Below, in pieces: positions 40,039-49,008 of a DNA stretch of 64,000 nt. A program made the position numbers and the translations under genes. The stretch spans positions 8,070 to 72,069 of the forward strand of contig JAEMQQ010000001.1 in assembly GCA_016463775.1 (NCBI GenBank), read 5' to 3'. The notes below the pieces were generated by a model that was given only the letters and a program-made list of their open reading frames with translations, was not told the origin of the DNA and ran no database searches. Position 1 is the stretch's first letter. The number at the start of each line of letters is the position of its first letter. The DNA is from Ilumatobacteraceae bacterium. Lineage in GTDB: Bacteria > Actinomycetota > Acidimicrobiia > Acidimicrobiales > Ilumatobacteraceae.

Positions 40039-40656
40039 ATGAAGCGCCGGCAACTGGTCTGCGTGCTCGTCACGCTGGTTGCGACGTCGTGTGGCCTACC
40101 AGATGAAGGTCGTTTCATCGCGCTGCCTGCCAGCGAAATTCCCGATGCGTTGATTGCGACGACGACGACACCAACGACCTCCGTGCCATCCGACGATGCA
40201 GCAACAGCCACCACGATCACCGAGACGTTGTACGACACCGTCGAGTTCTATTTCGTGAGTGCGAATCGCGTGGTGCGAAGCGAACGTTTGATCGTGAGCC
40301 CCGCCACCCCGACACAGGTCCTCGACACTTTGCTGGCCGGTCTCGACGCTGGAAGCGAAACTGCCGGTTTGCGTAGTGCACTGCCCCGTCGTCTCAGCGC
40401 GACGATCGAGGTGCGCCGCGGCGTGGCCCGGGTTTCGTCGACTGCCCCATTTCTTTCCGACCTTGAACCGCTCGATCAACGATTGGCGATCGCCCAGCTC
40501 GTGCTGACCTTGACGCGACGACCCGGTATCGGCCAGATTATTTTTGTCGTTGACGGCAAGGAGATTCCCGTACCACGTGGTGGTGGAGACCTCACCACTG
40601 CGGGTGCTGCCGTGACGTACGACGACTACCTATCGGTGCTCTCGACCCGCGACTGA
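40039..40656 (+). CDS. GerMN-domain lipoprotein (short LpqB-like)
   Basis: Signal peptide plus lipobox MKRRQLVCVLVTLVATSC-G, a Thr-rich linker, then a GerMN-like region (YFVSANRVVRSERL...TPTQVLDTLLAG...GIGQIIFVVDGKEIPVP). It lies immediately downstream of the kinase, as lpqB does after mtrB. Confidence 0.65.
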   Translation: MKRRQLVCVLVTLVATSCGLPDEGRFIALPASEIPDALIATTTTPTTSVPSDDAATATTITETLYDTVEFYFVSANRVVRSERLIVSPATPTQVLDTLLAGLDAGSETAGLRSALPRRLSATIEVRRGVARVSSTAPFLSDLEPLDQRLAIAQLVLTLTRRPGIGQIIFVVDGKEIPVPRGGGDLTTAGAAVTYDDYLSVLSTRD

Positions 40657-40695
40657 TATTTTTTTGGTGACGACGGTGCCGTGCACGTCAACTGT

Positions 40696-41538
40696 CTAGT
40701 AACCGAGGTGCGCGATCCGATCGGGTCGTTGCTGCCAGCTGTCATCCACCACCACGACCAGTTCGATGTGGGCACCTTTCGCCAATTGCAGGCGCACGGC
40801 GGTTCCCACTTCTTTCAGCACCTGGCCACCCTTGCCGATCACCATCCCTTTTTGGCTGTCACGCTCGACGACGATTTCACAGCGAATGCGTGGCCATTCG
40901 TATTCGGTGACCCGCGTGGCGATGGAATACGGAAGTTCGTCGTGCATCCGCCCGAGTAGTTCCTCGCGCACGAGATCAGCGACCCACAAGATGTCGGGGG
41001 TTTCCCGCACCATCTCGGGTGGATACAACGGCTCACCCGCTGGCAGGCGGCCGGCAATCCAGTCGAGCAGCACGGGGAGACCTTCGCCCGTCCTGGCCGA
41101 CACCGGAAAATACGCAAGGGCATCGAGGCTGGACACGGCCAGCAGCTGTTTCATCACCTTGGCGCGGGAAGTGGCGTCGATTTTGTTCACGACCACGAAT
41201 GAGTTGTGGATGTCGATTCGATCAGCGACGAACTGGTCACCGCGACCGAACGGCATGGTGGCATCGATGACCAAACCGGTCACGTCGACCTCACGAACCG
41301 CCTCCAGTGCGGTGGCGTTCACCCGTTTGCCGAGTTCGGTGACCGGTTTGTGGATGCCGGGTGTGTCGACGAACACGATCTGGGCATCCGAACGGTGCAG
41401 CACGGCGCGCACCCGTGTACGGGTGGTTTGTGGCTTGTCCGAAACGATGGAAACCTTGCGCCCACATGCCGTGTTGATGATGCTTGATTTACCGACGTTC
41501 GGTCGCCCAACAAGACTGACGAACCCGCTCTGCATCAA
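40696..41538 (-). CDS. era: GTPase Era
   Basis: G1 GRPNVGKSS, G3 DTPG, G4 NKID, and a C-terminal KH domain (VERDSQKGMVIGKGG). Confidence 0.93.
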   Translation of the reverse strand: MMQSGFVSLVGRPNVGKSSIINTACGRKVSIVSDKPQTTRTRVRAVLHRSDAQIVFVDTPGIHKPVTELGKRVNATALEAVREVDVTGLVIDATMPFGRGDQFVADRIDIHNSFVVVNKIDATSRAKVMKQLLAVSSLDALAYFPVSARTGEGLPVLLDWIAGRLPAGEPLYPPEMVRETPDILWVADLVREELLGRMHDELPYSIATRVTEYEWPRIRCEIVVERDSQKGMVIGKGGQVLKEVGTAVRLQLAKGAHIELVVVVDDSWQQRPDRIAHLGY

Positions 41539-41591
41539 CTCACAACGCTACTGAGCCCCGCCACAGCCCCGCGCACGGCGTCTGGCAGACT

Positions 41592-42014
41592 TTGGGCATG
41601 CTCAATCGTCGCAAGTGGATCGACCGCATGCAGCCACAAACCTTGCAGATTGCGACATGGCTGCTCTATATCAACGGGTTCTTTGCGCTCGTTAAATTGA
41701 TCGACGGCGGTGGGGTGCTGCACTACTTCCGCCAGCGATACACGTTCGGCTTCCTGCTCGGTCTGGCGGTCGTGGCGCTGCACGTGGCCGGAGCATTCTT
41801 GATGGCCAACGAACGCAAGTTCGGCTGGAAACTCTCGGTTGTCGCCGCCGTATCCCCCTTCGTATTGACCTTCGTTGCCTACACCCAGCTCAATGCCCCG
41901 ATCCGCTACCGACTGTTCGGTGCCAGCCTGATGTCGTTTGCCTTTGATGTCGCCGTTTTGGCCCTACTTTTGCACCCCCAAAGCAAGGAGCACCAGCGCA
42001 TCTGGTATCAATAA
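41592..42014 (+). CDS. hypothetical integral membrane protein (about 4 TM)
   Basis: 140 aa with four hydrophobic segments. I recognise no motif. Confidence 0.5.
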   Translation: MGMLNRRKWIDRMQPQTLQIATWLLYINGFFALVKLIDGGGVLHYFRQRYTFGFLLGLAVVALHVAGAFLMANERKFGWKLSVVAAVSPFVLTFVAYTQLNAPIRYRLFGASLMSFAFDVAVLALLLHPQSKEHQRIWYQ

Positions 42015-42017
42015 GGC

Positions 42018-42479
42018 ATGGCAAAAACAATCATGAAGGGTGCCGATGGCGCCAAGGCCCATGTCGGTCAGCATCTCGGCTACAGCGAGTACCTCACCGT
42101 GACACAAGAAATGGTGAACACGTTCGCCGATGCCACCGGTGACCATCAATGGATTCATGTCGATGTCGAAAAGGCCAAGCTTGGCCCGTTCGGTGCACCG
42201 ATTGCCCACGGGTATCTGACACTCTCGCTCGGCCCGACGATGCTCCCGCAGATCTACGGGGTGGAAGGTGCGGTCATGGGCGTCAATTACGGCACCAACA
42301 AGGTGCGCTTCATGTCGCCCGTGCCGGTTGGTTCACGGTTGCGTGTCGGGGCGAAGTTGTTGGCGGTCGACGACGTCGCCAACGGCATTCAGATGACGCT
42401 CGAGGCAACCTTCGAGGTTGACGGCGCCAAAAAACCGAGTTGTGTCGCTGAATTGGTGTTCCGTACGTACTTCGCCTAA
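42018..42479 (+). CDS. MaoC-family dehydratase (hotdog fold)
   Basis: Motif ATGDHQWIHVDVEKA...GAPIAHGYLT, typical of the MaoC/(R)-hydratase hotdog family. 153 aa. Confidence 0.8.
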   Translation: MAKTIMKGADGAKAHVGQHLGYSEYLTVTQEMVNTFADATGDHQWIHVDVEKAKLGPFGAPIAHGYLTLSLGPTMLPQIYGVEGAVMGVNYGTNKVRFMSPVPVGSRLRVGAKLLAVDDVANGIQMTLEATFEVDGAKKPSCVAELVFRTYFA

Positions 42480-43444
42480 CGAAACTGTTTGGCGACGGCG
42501 GCAAACAGGTCGAGTGTCGTCGTCTCGGGGTAGTCGGCACACCACGGCACGAAGCCGACGCAACCAACCGCCAGATACTGCGCGACTTTTTCACTGACCT
42601 GCTCGGGTGTACCGACCAGTGACGTCGACTTCCATTGCTCGAGCGAGTGACCCCACAGGCTTCGTGCACCTGCGGCGTCGAGTTCTTTCTGTGTTTCGCG
42701 CATGAACACCTCGGGCGACCAGGTCAATTTGATTTCGTCGAAGTCCCGGCCCACTGCCGTGCAGTGGTCGGCCAAAATCTGTTTCTTGCGCTTGAAATCC
42801 TCGAAGGTGCCGCCGAAGTTTGCGTAGTCGGCATGGCGCGCGACGACACGCAGCGTGAGTTGTTCGCCACCACCACCGATCCAAATTGGTGGACGGGGCT
42901 TTTGCACGGGCTTGGGGTCACAGTTGCCGCGCTCCAGCTGGTAGTACTTGCCGTTGTAGGTGGTTTCGGTTTCTGACCACATCGACTTGACGATTTCGAC
43001 GCATTCACGCAGCATGCCGATGCGGTCCTTCGGAACCGGAAATTCATAACCGTAGCCACGGCACTCGTTTTCGTACCAGCCGGCACCGATGCCCCAGTCG
43101 AGTCGCCCACCGCTGATGACATCGACCGTGGAGGTGATTTTGGCCAACAACGCCGGCTCGCGGTACAAATTACAACCGACCATCTGACCAAGACGGATTT
43201 TGGTGGTGCGTTGACTGATTGCTGCGATCGTGGTCCAGCATTCGAACACCGCCTCGTGGGCGGGCTTCGGCACGTTGTGAAAGTGGTCGTACACCCAAAT
43301 TGAGTCGTAGCCCAACTGCTCGGCACGCACGGCGATCTCGACGGCTTTCGCCCACTTGGCCTGATCGTCGGGGATGCCCTTCAATTCCATCTTCCAGCCC
43401 TGCGGCATGAAGACGCCGAAGATTGGCGCGGTCGAATCGCTCAT
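42476..43444 (-). CDS. luciferase-like (LLM class) flavin/F420-dependent oxidoreductase
   Basis: Motifs ...AEQLGYDSIWVYDHF... and GRLDWGIGAGWY. The length and pattern fit LLM-class F420-dependent oxidoreductases, which are common in Actinobacteria. Confidence 0.75.
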   Translation of the reverse strand: MSDSTAPIFGVFMPQGWKMELKGIPDDQAKWAKAVEIAVRAEQLGYDSIWVYDHFHNVPKPAHEAVFECWTTIAAISQRTTKIRLGQMVGCNLYREPALLAKITSTVDVISGGRLDWGIGAGWYENECRGYGYEFPVPKDRIGMLRECVEIVKSMWSETETTYNGKYYQLERGNCDPKPVQKPRPPIWIGGGGEQLTLRVVARHADYANFGGTFEDFKRKKQILADHCTAVGRDFDEIKLTWSPEVFMRETQKELDAAGARSLWGHSLEQWKSTSLVGTPEQVSEKVAQYLAVGCVGFVPWCADYPETTTLDLFAAVAKQFR

Positions 43445-44661
43445 AACGGCAGGTCACCCGTGGCGGATTTGGTGGTGCCGTGATCTTTGTACGCCGCAAT
43501 CGTGCGTTGCGCGATACGCATCTGATGAATTTCGTCGGCACCATCGGCAAAACGGCTCCAGCGGGCCTGCTGCAACATGTGCGCCAACGGTGTGTCATTC
43601 GAATACCCGAGGGCACCATGCACCTGAATTGCCCGGTCGACGATCTGCCACAGGCTGTTGGCCACGAAGTGTTTGGCCATCGACACTTCGGAGGTGAATG
43701 GCAAACCCTTTTCGATTTTGTAGGCGGCGTGCAACACCATCAACTTGCACTGGTACAACTCCATCGCCGAGTCGGCGATGAGCCACTGAATCCCCTGTTT
43801 TTCGGCGAGGATCGAACCATGTGAGTAACGCTTCAGCGAGCGGTCGACCATCATGTCGAGGGCCGTCTCGGCCTGACCGATCCAGCGCATGCAATGGGCG
43901 AGTCGCGCCGGCCCCAGACGATATTGCCCGAGCAGATGGCCTTGCCCCCGCCCACCCAACATCTGCGAATTATGCAGACGAAGATCCTTGATTTCGATCT
44001 CGCAGTGGTTGTGACCACCCGACATCGTCTCGATATCGCGCACGATATTGAAACCTTCGCTCGGGATGTCGACGATGAAGCACGAATTTGCGGCCTGTGG
44101 CAGCTCGGGGTCGTCTTCGGTGCGGGCAACGAGCAGCGCAAATTGTGCCCCGCGCGCGCCAGAGATGAACCATTTGTGACCGTTCACCACCCATTCGTCG
44201 CCGTCTTGATAGGCGTTGGTGCGAATCAGCGTCGGGTCGCTGCCGGCCACTTCGGGTTCCGTCATGGCGAAACATGACCGTGCCGTGCCCTCACACAACG
44301 GACGCAGGTACTTTTCTTTCTGTTCCGGCGTCGCCCAGTGCATCAGCGTGTGCTGGTTGCCTTCGTCGGGTGCCTGGGCGTTCAATACGAATGGCCCGAT
44401 GCTCACCTTTGCTGCTTCGGCGGACACCGCCGCCATTGCCGTCGGACCAAGGCCCATGCCACCCCACTCAGCGGGCATGTGTGGCAGCCACAATTTCGCC
44501 TCGTTCCGGGCGGCACCGCGCAGTGCGACGATTGCCGAGACCAACTCCTTGCGGTTGGACTGGTCGGTTGCATCCCAGCGCGGTCGCACGACATCGTCCA
44601 TGAATTCACGGACTCGCAGACGAACGTCTTCTACCTCGGGAGGAAAAGTGAAATCGATCAT
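43441..44661 (-). CDS. acyl-CoA dehydrogenase
   Basis: Motifs CFAMTEPEVAGSDP, ...KWFISGA..., and C-terminal ...QVHGALGYSNDTPLAHMLQQARWSRFADGADEIH. 4-nt overlap with the LLM gene. Confidence 0.88.
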   Translation of the reverse strand: MIDFTFPPEVEDVRLRVREFMDDVVRPRWDATDQSNRKELVSAIVALRGAARNEAKLWLPHMPAEWGGMGLGPTAMAAVSAEAAKVSIGPFVLNAQAPDEGNQHTLMHWATPEQKEKYLRPLCEGTARSCFAMTEPEVAGSDPTLIRTNAYQDGDEWVVNGHKWFISGARGAQFALLVARTEDDPELPQAANSCFIVDIPSEGFNIVRDIETMSGGHNHCEIEIKDLRLHNSQMLGGRGQGHLLGQYRLGPARLAHCMRWIGQAETALDMMVDRSLKRYSHGSILAEKQGIQWLIADSAMELYQCKLMVLHAAYKIEKGLPFTSEVSMAKHFVANSLWQIVDRAIQVHGALGYSNDTPLAHMLQQARWSRFADGADEIHQMRIAQRTIAAYKDHGTTKSATGDLPL

Positions 44662-44681
44662 ACGTCTAGTGTGCCTCAGAA

Positions 44682-45437
44682 TTGACCGGGAACACGAAGC
44701 AGGGTCACCGTAGCCTTGCGAACGTGAGTGAACCTGCCCGGAGCAGTTGGGACACCGAAAAGTTGCCGACGGGCACGCAAAAGGCCGTTGCCGTGCAACA
44801 GATGTTCGACCGAATTGCCCCCCGCTACGACCTCGTCAATCGCATCATGACGTTCCGACTCGACGTCCGGTGGCGGCGACTGACCGTGCAATCCCTCCAA
44901 CTCGCACCGCATTCACTCGTCGTCGACCTCGCCAGTGGCACGGGGGATTTTTGTCGTGAGCTCCTGCGCCAAAACCTGCGCGCACTGTCGTTTGATTTTT
45001 CCTTCGGAATGTTGGCTGCCGACACGAGTCGCGTGCCGCGCACACAAGCCGATGCACTGTGCCTGCCCCTGCGCGATGCGTTCGTTGACGGGGTCACCTG
45101 CGGCTTTGCCCTGCGTAACTTCGTCGACCTGCCTGCTTTTTTCACCGAGCTGGGCCGGGTCGTGCGACACAACGGACGAATTTCGCTGCTCGATGTATCA
45201 ACCCCCACCAACCCGTTCATTCGCCGAGGTAACGCCGTATATTTCGGCCAAATCGTGCCGCGCATCGGCGCCGTGCTCTCTGATCGGGCGGCCTACCGCT
45301 ACCTACCCCGCAGTGTTTCGTATCTTCCGAGCCCGGCAGAACTCTGCGCGATGCTGGGTGTTGCTGGTTTCGTCGACGTCGAGCATCGTCAGCTCTCGGG
45401 TGGTCTCGTGCAACTCCTCACCGCTACCCGCGGGTAG
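44682..45437 (+). CDS. menG: demethylmenaquinone methyltransferase (UbiE/MenG family)
   Basis: Motifs VQQMFDRIAPRYDLVNRIMTF..D..WRR and SAM motif VVDLASGTGD. An in-frame GTG at 44724 is an equally plausible start. Confidence 0.82.
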   Translation: MTGNTKQGHRSLANVSEPARSSWDTEKLPTGTQKAVAVQQMFDRIAPRYDLVNRIMTFRLDVRWRRLTVQSLQLAPHSLVVDLASGTGDFCRELLRQNLRALSFDFSFGMLAADTSRVPRTQADALCLPLRDAFVDGVTCGFALRNFVDLPAFFTELGRVVRHNGRISLLDVSTPTNPFIRRGNAVYFGQIVPRIGAVLSDRAAYRYLPRSVSYLPSPAELCAMLGVAGFVDVEHRQLSGGLVQLLTATRG

Positions 45438-45439
45438 CA

Positions 45440-46645
45440 ATGTCGCACTTCATTTCGCGACCGCTCGCTGACTTCATCGATCCCGTCATCGATCTCAACG
45501 ACATCGCCGCGCAGCATGGTGTGCTGTTCGTGCGGGATGGTGTCGGCTTTGCCGGCGTCGGAATTGCCGCTCGCTTGAACCTCGACGAAATCACAGAATA
45601 TTTCGGCGCGAGCACCGTGGATGATCGAGTTGGTGCAGTGGGTGCAACCGGTGTCGCACTTGGTTGGCAGCCCTTCAACGGCATTGGCGGTCAAGCGATC
45701 GTGCCGCGCATCTGTGTCGGCAAAAATGCCGAGCACCCGCCCTGGGTCACGTACCTCGCTGGTGACGAAGGGCAGGTTGCCACCACTCTCACCGCGCCGC
45801 CATTGCCACAGCCAACCGCCAATGCATTCAGCGTTCGCCCGGGCGTCGCCATCGATCAGTATCTCGCCGCAGTCACGACGGCACGAGACGCCGTGCGCCG
45901 TGGCGACATCATCAAGGCGGTCATCGCCCGCGACATCTTCATCGAATCATCGGTCCCGATCGACGTACATGCACTGTTGCACCGGTTGAAGGCGTCGTTC
46001 GGGTCGAGTTATCGCTACAGCATCGACGGCTTCGTCGGGGCGTCGCCGGAATTGTTGGTGGCACGCAATGGTGACGAAGTGCGAAGTTTGCCACTCGCCG
46101 GTACCGCACCGCGCACCGGCAACCCCGTGACTGATGCACGACTGGCCGCCGACCTACGGGCCAGCAACAAGAATCAAATCGAGCATCGGGTCGTCGTCGA
46201 CATGGTGCATGACACGCTGCTGGCGTGGTGTTCGTATCTCGATTGGCAGCCCGAGCCGGATGTCGTAGCCGTGGCCAACGTGCAACATCTCGGAACACTC
46301 ATTGAAGGTCGCCTATCGGCACCGTACCCACACGTGTTGGAACTTGTCCGTGCCCTGTCACCGACACCTGCGCTCGGCGGCTACCCGCGTGAGGCCGCAT
46401 TGCGTCTGATCGCACAACACGAAGGGTTCGAACGCGGTCGCTACGGCGGTGCTGTCGGGTGGTGTGATCGTGACGGCAACGGCACCTGGGCTGTGGCAAT
46501 TCGTTGTGCAGAGTTAAGTGCCGACCGCCGACAGGCCCATCTGTTTGCTGGCGGTGGCATCGTCGCTGAAAGTGAACCACTCGCCGAGCTTGCCGAAACA
46601 CAGGCCAAGTTTCAGGCGATGTTGGCCGCCATCCTGCGCCCCTAG
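45440..46645 (+). CDS. menF: isochorismate synthase
   Basis: Chorismate-binding C-terminal core (SPELLV..., LAGT.PRG, E...LLAS.KN..EH..VVD, PTPALGG.P, E...RG.Y.G.VGW, AIRCA, FAGGGIV..S.P..E..ET..K), in a men-cluster context. Confidence 0.78.
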   Translation: MSHFISRPLADFIDPVIDLNDIAAQHGVLFVRDGVGFAGVGIAARLNLDEITEYFGASTVDDRVGAVGATGVALGWQPFNGIGGQAIVPRICVGKNAEHPPWVTYLAGDEGQVATTLTAPPLPQPTANAFSVRPGVAIDQYLAAVTTARDAVRRGDIIKAVIARDIFIESSVPIDVHALLHRLKASFGSSYRYSIDGFVGASPELLVARNGDEVRSLPLAGTAPRTGNPVTDARLAADLRASNKNQIEHRVVVDMVHDTLLAWCSYLDWQPEPDVVAVANVQHLGTLIEGRLSAPYPHVLELVRALSPTPALGGYPREAALRLIAQHEGFERGRYGGAVGWCDRDGNGTWAVAIRCAELSADRRQAHLFAGGGIVAESEPLAELAETQAKFQAMLAAILRP

Positions 46646-48321
46646 GGGCGAACTGCGTCGATCACTGCCTGATTGATGGCATCATGCACCCGAACGTTGT
46701 CATCCCGCTCGGTTCGCGCAATGATCACCCGTGGCCCACCCTGCTGCAGCGCGGCACGCAACTGCCCGGTTGCAGTGACGACCTCGTGCGCGATGCCGTG
46801 GGCACCGGCGAGAGCCCCCAGATCAGCCGAGTGGGGTGTGCCGAACAGCCGCTCGAATCGCGTGCCACCCAACGTCGTGCGTTGTGGCAGGAATGAAAAG
46901 ATGCCGCCACCACGGTTGTCGACGACGACGATTCGCAGGTCGGCGCGCCGCGTTCGCAGTTCGAGCAGACCGTTGGTGTCGTGCATGAAGGCGATATCGC
47001 CGATCAGCAACGCAGTCGGCGCACCCGATGCAACGGCCACACCCACTGCGGTCGACACCACGCCGTCGATGCCGTTGGCCCCGCGGTTGGATTGCACACC
47101 AAGATGATCGGTGGCTCCGGCATACCATTCGACGTCCCGAATCGGCATTGACGACGAAACGACGAGCCGCGCCCCGCTGTGCAGGGCAGCCACCGTCGCG
47201 CGCGCCGTACCGGGCTCTGTGAGTCGTGTTTCGTCGTCAAGCAGGCGGGCAATCGTGGCGCGGGCCTGTGCTTCGGCACGTTGCCATTGCCCACCCCAGA
47301 CAACATCGCAGGCCGACGACACCGACACCAGATCGGCACAGAACGAGTTCGGATCACCGACGACATGCAGTGACACCCGCCGATCAGGGTCAATCAAAAA
47401 CGGTGAGGTACTCACGGCAATGATTTCAGCTCCGCAGTCACGCAGCCAACCGTTGACCACCTTGGAGGCCGGCAACGTACCGAACCGCAACACCACCTCG
47501 GGGGTGAACGTTCGGGCGAGTTCAGCGTCGCGCAACCAAGCATCGGCATGACGAATCGCCATGGGATTGTCCGACCGTGATCCACCGAGTGGGTCAGCCA
47601 ACACCGGCCAACCAAGTTGCACTGCCAATGCGAGGATGCTCGCCGGATCTGCACCGCGGGAGCCGGCGATGATGACCCCACGCTTGCCGCTGCAACGCGT
47701 CGAGAGACGTGACAACAGTTCGGTGCCGAGCGGCTTCGGCGCGCGCGGCGCAGTGACCGCGCTACGCACGGGCAATTCACCCGACTCACCGACCAGCGGT
47801 TCGCGAAACGCCAGATTGACATGCACGGGGCCGGGGCGCTCACCGACCGAGGTCGCAAAAGCACGACGCGCAAGACGGCGCCAATCGTCGCGTCGCTCAT
47901 CGTCAGGCACACCCGCGTCGATGAAACTTCGAGCCGCTGACCCGTACAACTGCTTCTGGTCGATCGTTTGCGGCGCACCAAGGCCCTGCAGTTCTGGTGG
48001 TCGATCAGCCGTCAACACGAGGAGTGGCACCTCACTGTGGGACGCTTCGATCACCGCCGGATAAAAATTGGCAGCAGCCGTGCCCGACGTGCACAACAAC
48101 AGGGTCGGCAGTCGTGTGTTCGTCGCAATACCCAAGGCGGCAAAGGCGGCACTGCGCTCGTCGTGGAATACCTCGAGCGACAGGTCGGCGGCGGCCAAGA
48201 GCGCCAACGCCATCGGTGTCGACCGAGATCCGGGGGCGACCACCGCGTGGCGCACCCCGAGCTGCACCCACTCGTCGACCAGCGTCGAACAAAACGTGGC
48301 GGTCACGTCGGCTGATTGCAT
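46642..48321 (-). CDS. menD: 2-succinyl-5-enolpyruvyl-6-hydroxy-3-cyclohexene-1-carboxylate synthase
   Basis: Begins MQSADVTATFCSTLVDEWVQLGVRHAVVAPGSRSTPMALAL (ThDP enzyme N-terminus typical of MenD) and carries a C-terminal ThDP motif GDIAFMHDTNGL...VVVDNRGGGIF. The track ORF continues upstream to 48900, but that stretch is low-complexity and antisense to the DsbA-like gene. Confidence 0.88.
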   Translation of the reverse strand: MQSADVTATFCSTLVDEWVQLGVRHAVVAPGSRSTPMALALLAAADLSLEVFHDERSAAFAALGIATNTRLPTLLLCTSGTAAANFYPAVIEASHSEVPLLVLTADRPPELQGLGAPQTIDQKQLYGSAARSFIDAGVPDDERRDDWRRLARRAFATSVGERPGPVHVNLAFREPLVGESGELPVRSAVTAPRAPKPLGTELLSRLSTRCSGKRGVIIAGSRGADPASILALAVQLGWPVLADPLGGSRSDNPMAIRHADAWLRDAELARTFTPEVVLRFGTLPASKVVNGWLRDCGAEIIAVSTSPFLIDPDRRVSLHVVGDPNSFCADLVSVSSACDVVWGGQWQRAEAQARATIARLLDDETRLTEPGTARATVAALHSGARLVVSSSMPIRDVEWYAGATDHLGVQSNRGANGIDGVVSTAVGVAVASGAPTALLIGDIAFMHDTNGLLELRTRRADLRIVVVDNRGGGIFSFLPQRTTLGGTRFERLFGTPHSADLGALAGAHGIAHEVVTATGQLRAALQQGGPRVIIARTERDDNVRVHDAINQAVIDAVRP

Positions 48322-48339
48322 GCCTCTATCGTGGCAGCA

Positions 48340-49008
48340 ATGCGGGTCGAAGTGGTTTCTGATGTCGTGTGCCCCTGGTGCTACATCGGTAAGCGCCGCT
48401 TCGAACGGGCACTCACCCACCTGGCAAGTGAGGGCGTGACACTTGACCTGCAGGTTCGCTATCGCGCCTACCAGCTCGACCCCACTGCCCCCATGTCCAG
48501 CTCCACGTCTCGGGCCGCACCCGTGCGTGAGGGCTATGCCGAGAAGTTCGGGGGTGTGCAGCGCGCCGATGACATCCTGGCCAACGTCACCGCGATCGCC
48601 GCGAAAGAAGGCATCACGTTCCACATGGATCGCGCGCTGCGGGCCAACACGATGCGCGCCCATCGTCTGTTGAAACTCGTCGAACGAGATGCACCCGAGT
48701 TGCAGGCAGCGGTGAATGAATCGATCATGCAGGCGTACTTCACCGAAGGAAAAGACATTGCGGATGTCGATACCTTGATCGCGTGCGCGAGCCGTGCCAC
48801 CTACGATTCGCCGGCAATCGAGCAACACCTCGTGAGCAACGACCCCGCCGACACAGTCGCTCTGGCCGTTGCCGATGACCTGCAGTGGGCCGCCGACCAC
48901 GACATCACCGCCGTACCGACCTTCATGATCAACGGTTCATTCGCCGTGCCGGGCGCCCAGGACACCGAGACCTTCGTGCGACTGCTGCGGAAAATCGCCG
49001 ACGAATGA
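48340..49008 (+). CDS. DsbA-family (FrnE-like) thiol:disulfide oxidoreductase, no signal peptide
   Basis: N-terminal MRVEVVSDVVCPWCYIGKRRFE (CPWC redox motif at the position typical of FrnE / 2-hydroxychromene-2-carboxylate-isomerase-like DsbA proteins) and C-terminal ...GITAVPTFMING.... The stop overlaps the menH start (ATGA). Confidence 0.8.
   Translation: MRVEVVSDVVCPWCYIGKRRFERALTHLASEGVTLDLQVRYRAYQLDPTAPMSSSTSRAAPVREGYAEKFGGVQRADDILANVTAIAAKEGITFHMDRALRANTMRAHRLLKLVERDAPELQAAVNESIMQAYFTEGKDIADVDTLIACASRATYDSPAIEQHLVSNDPADTVALAVADDLQWAADHDITAVPTFMINGSFAVPGAQDTETFVRLLRKIADE

Noticed and set aside
40657-40695. Run of seven T (40659..40666) after the lipoprotein gene, considered as an intrinsic terminator
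   Set aside because: I cannot find a convincing GC-rich hairpin immediately upstream of the T-run, so I make no call.
48322-48900. 193-codon 5' extension of the menD ORF (track start 48900)
   Set aside because: The extension is Gly/Arg/His-rich with no ThDP-enzyme similarity and lies antisense to the DsbA-like gene. The recognisable MenD N-terminus begins at Met 48321.
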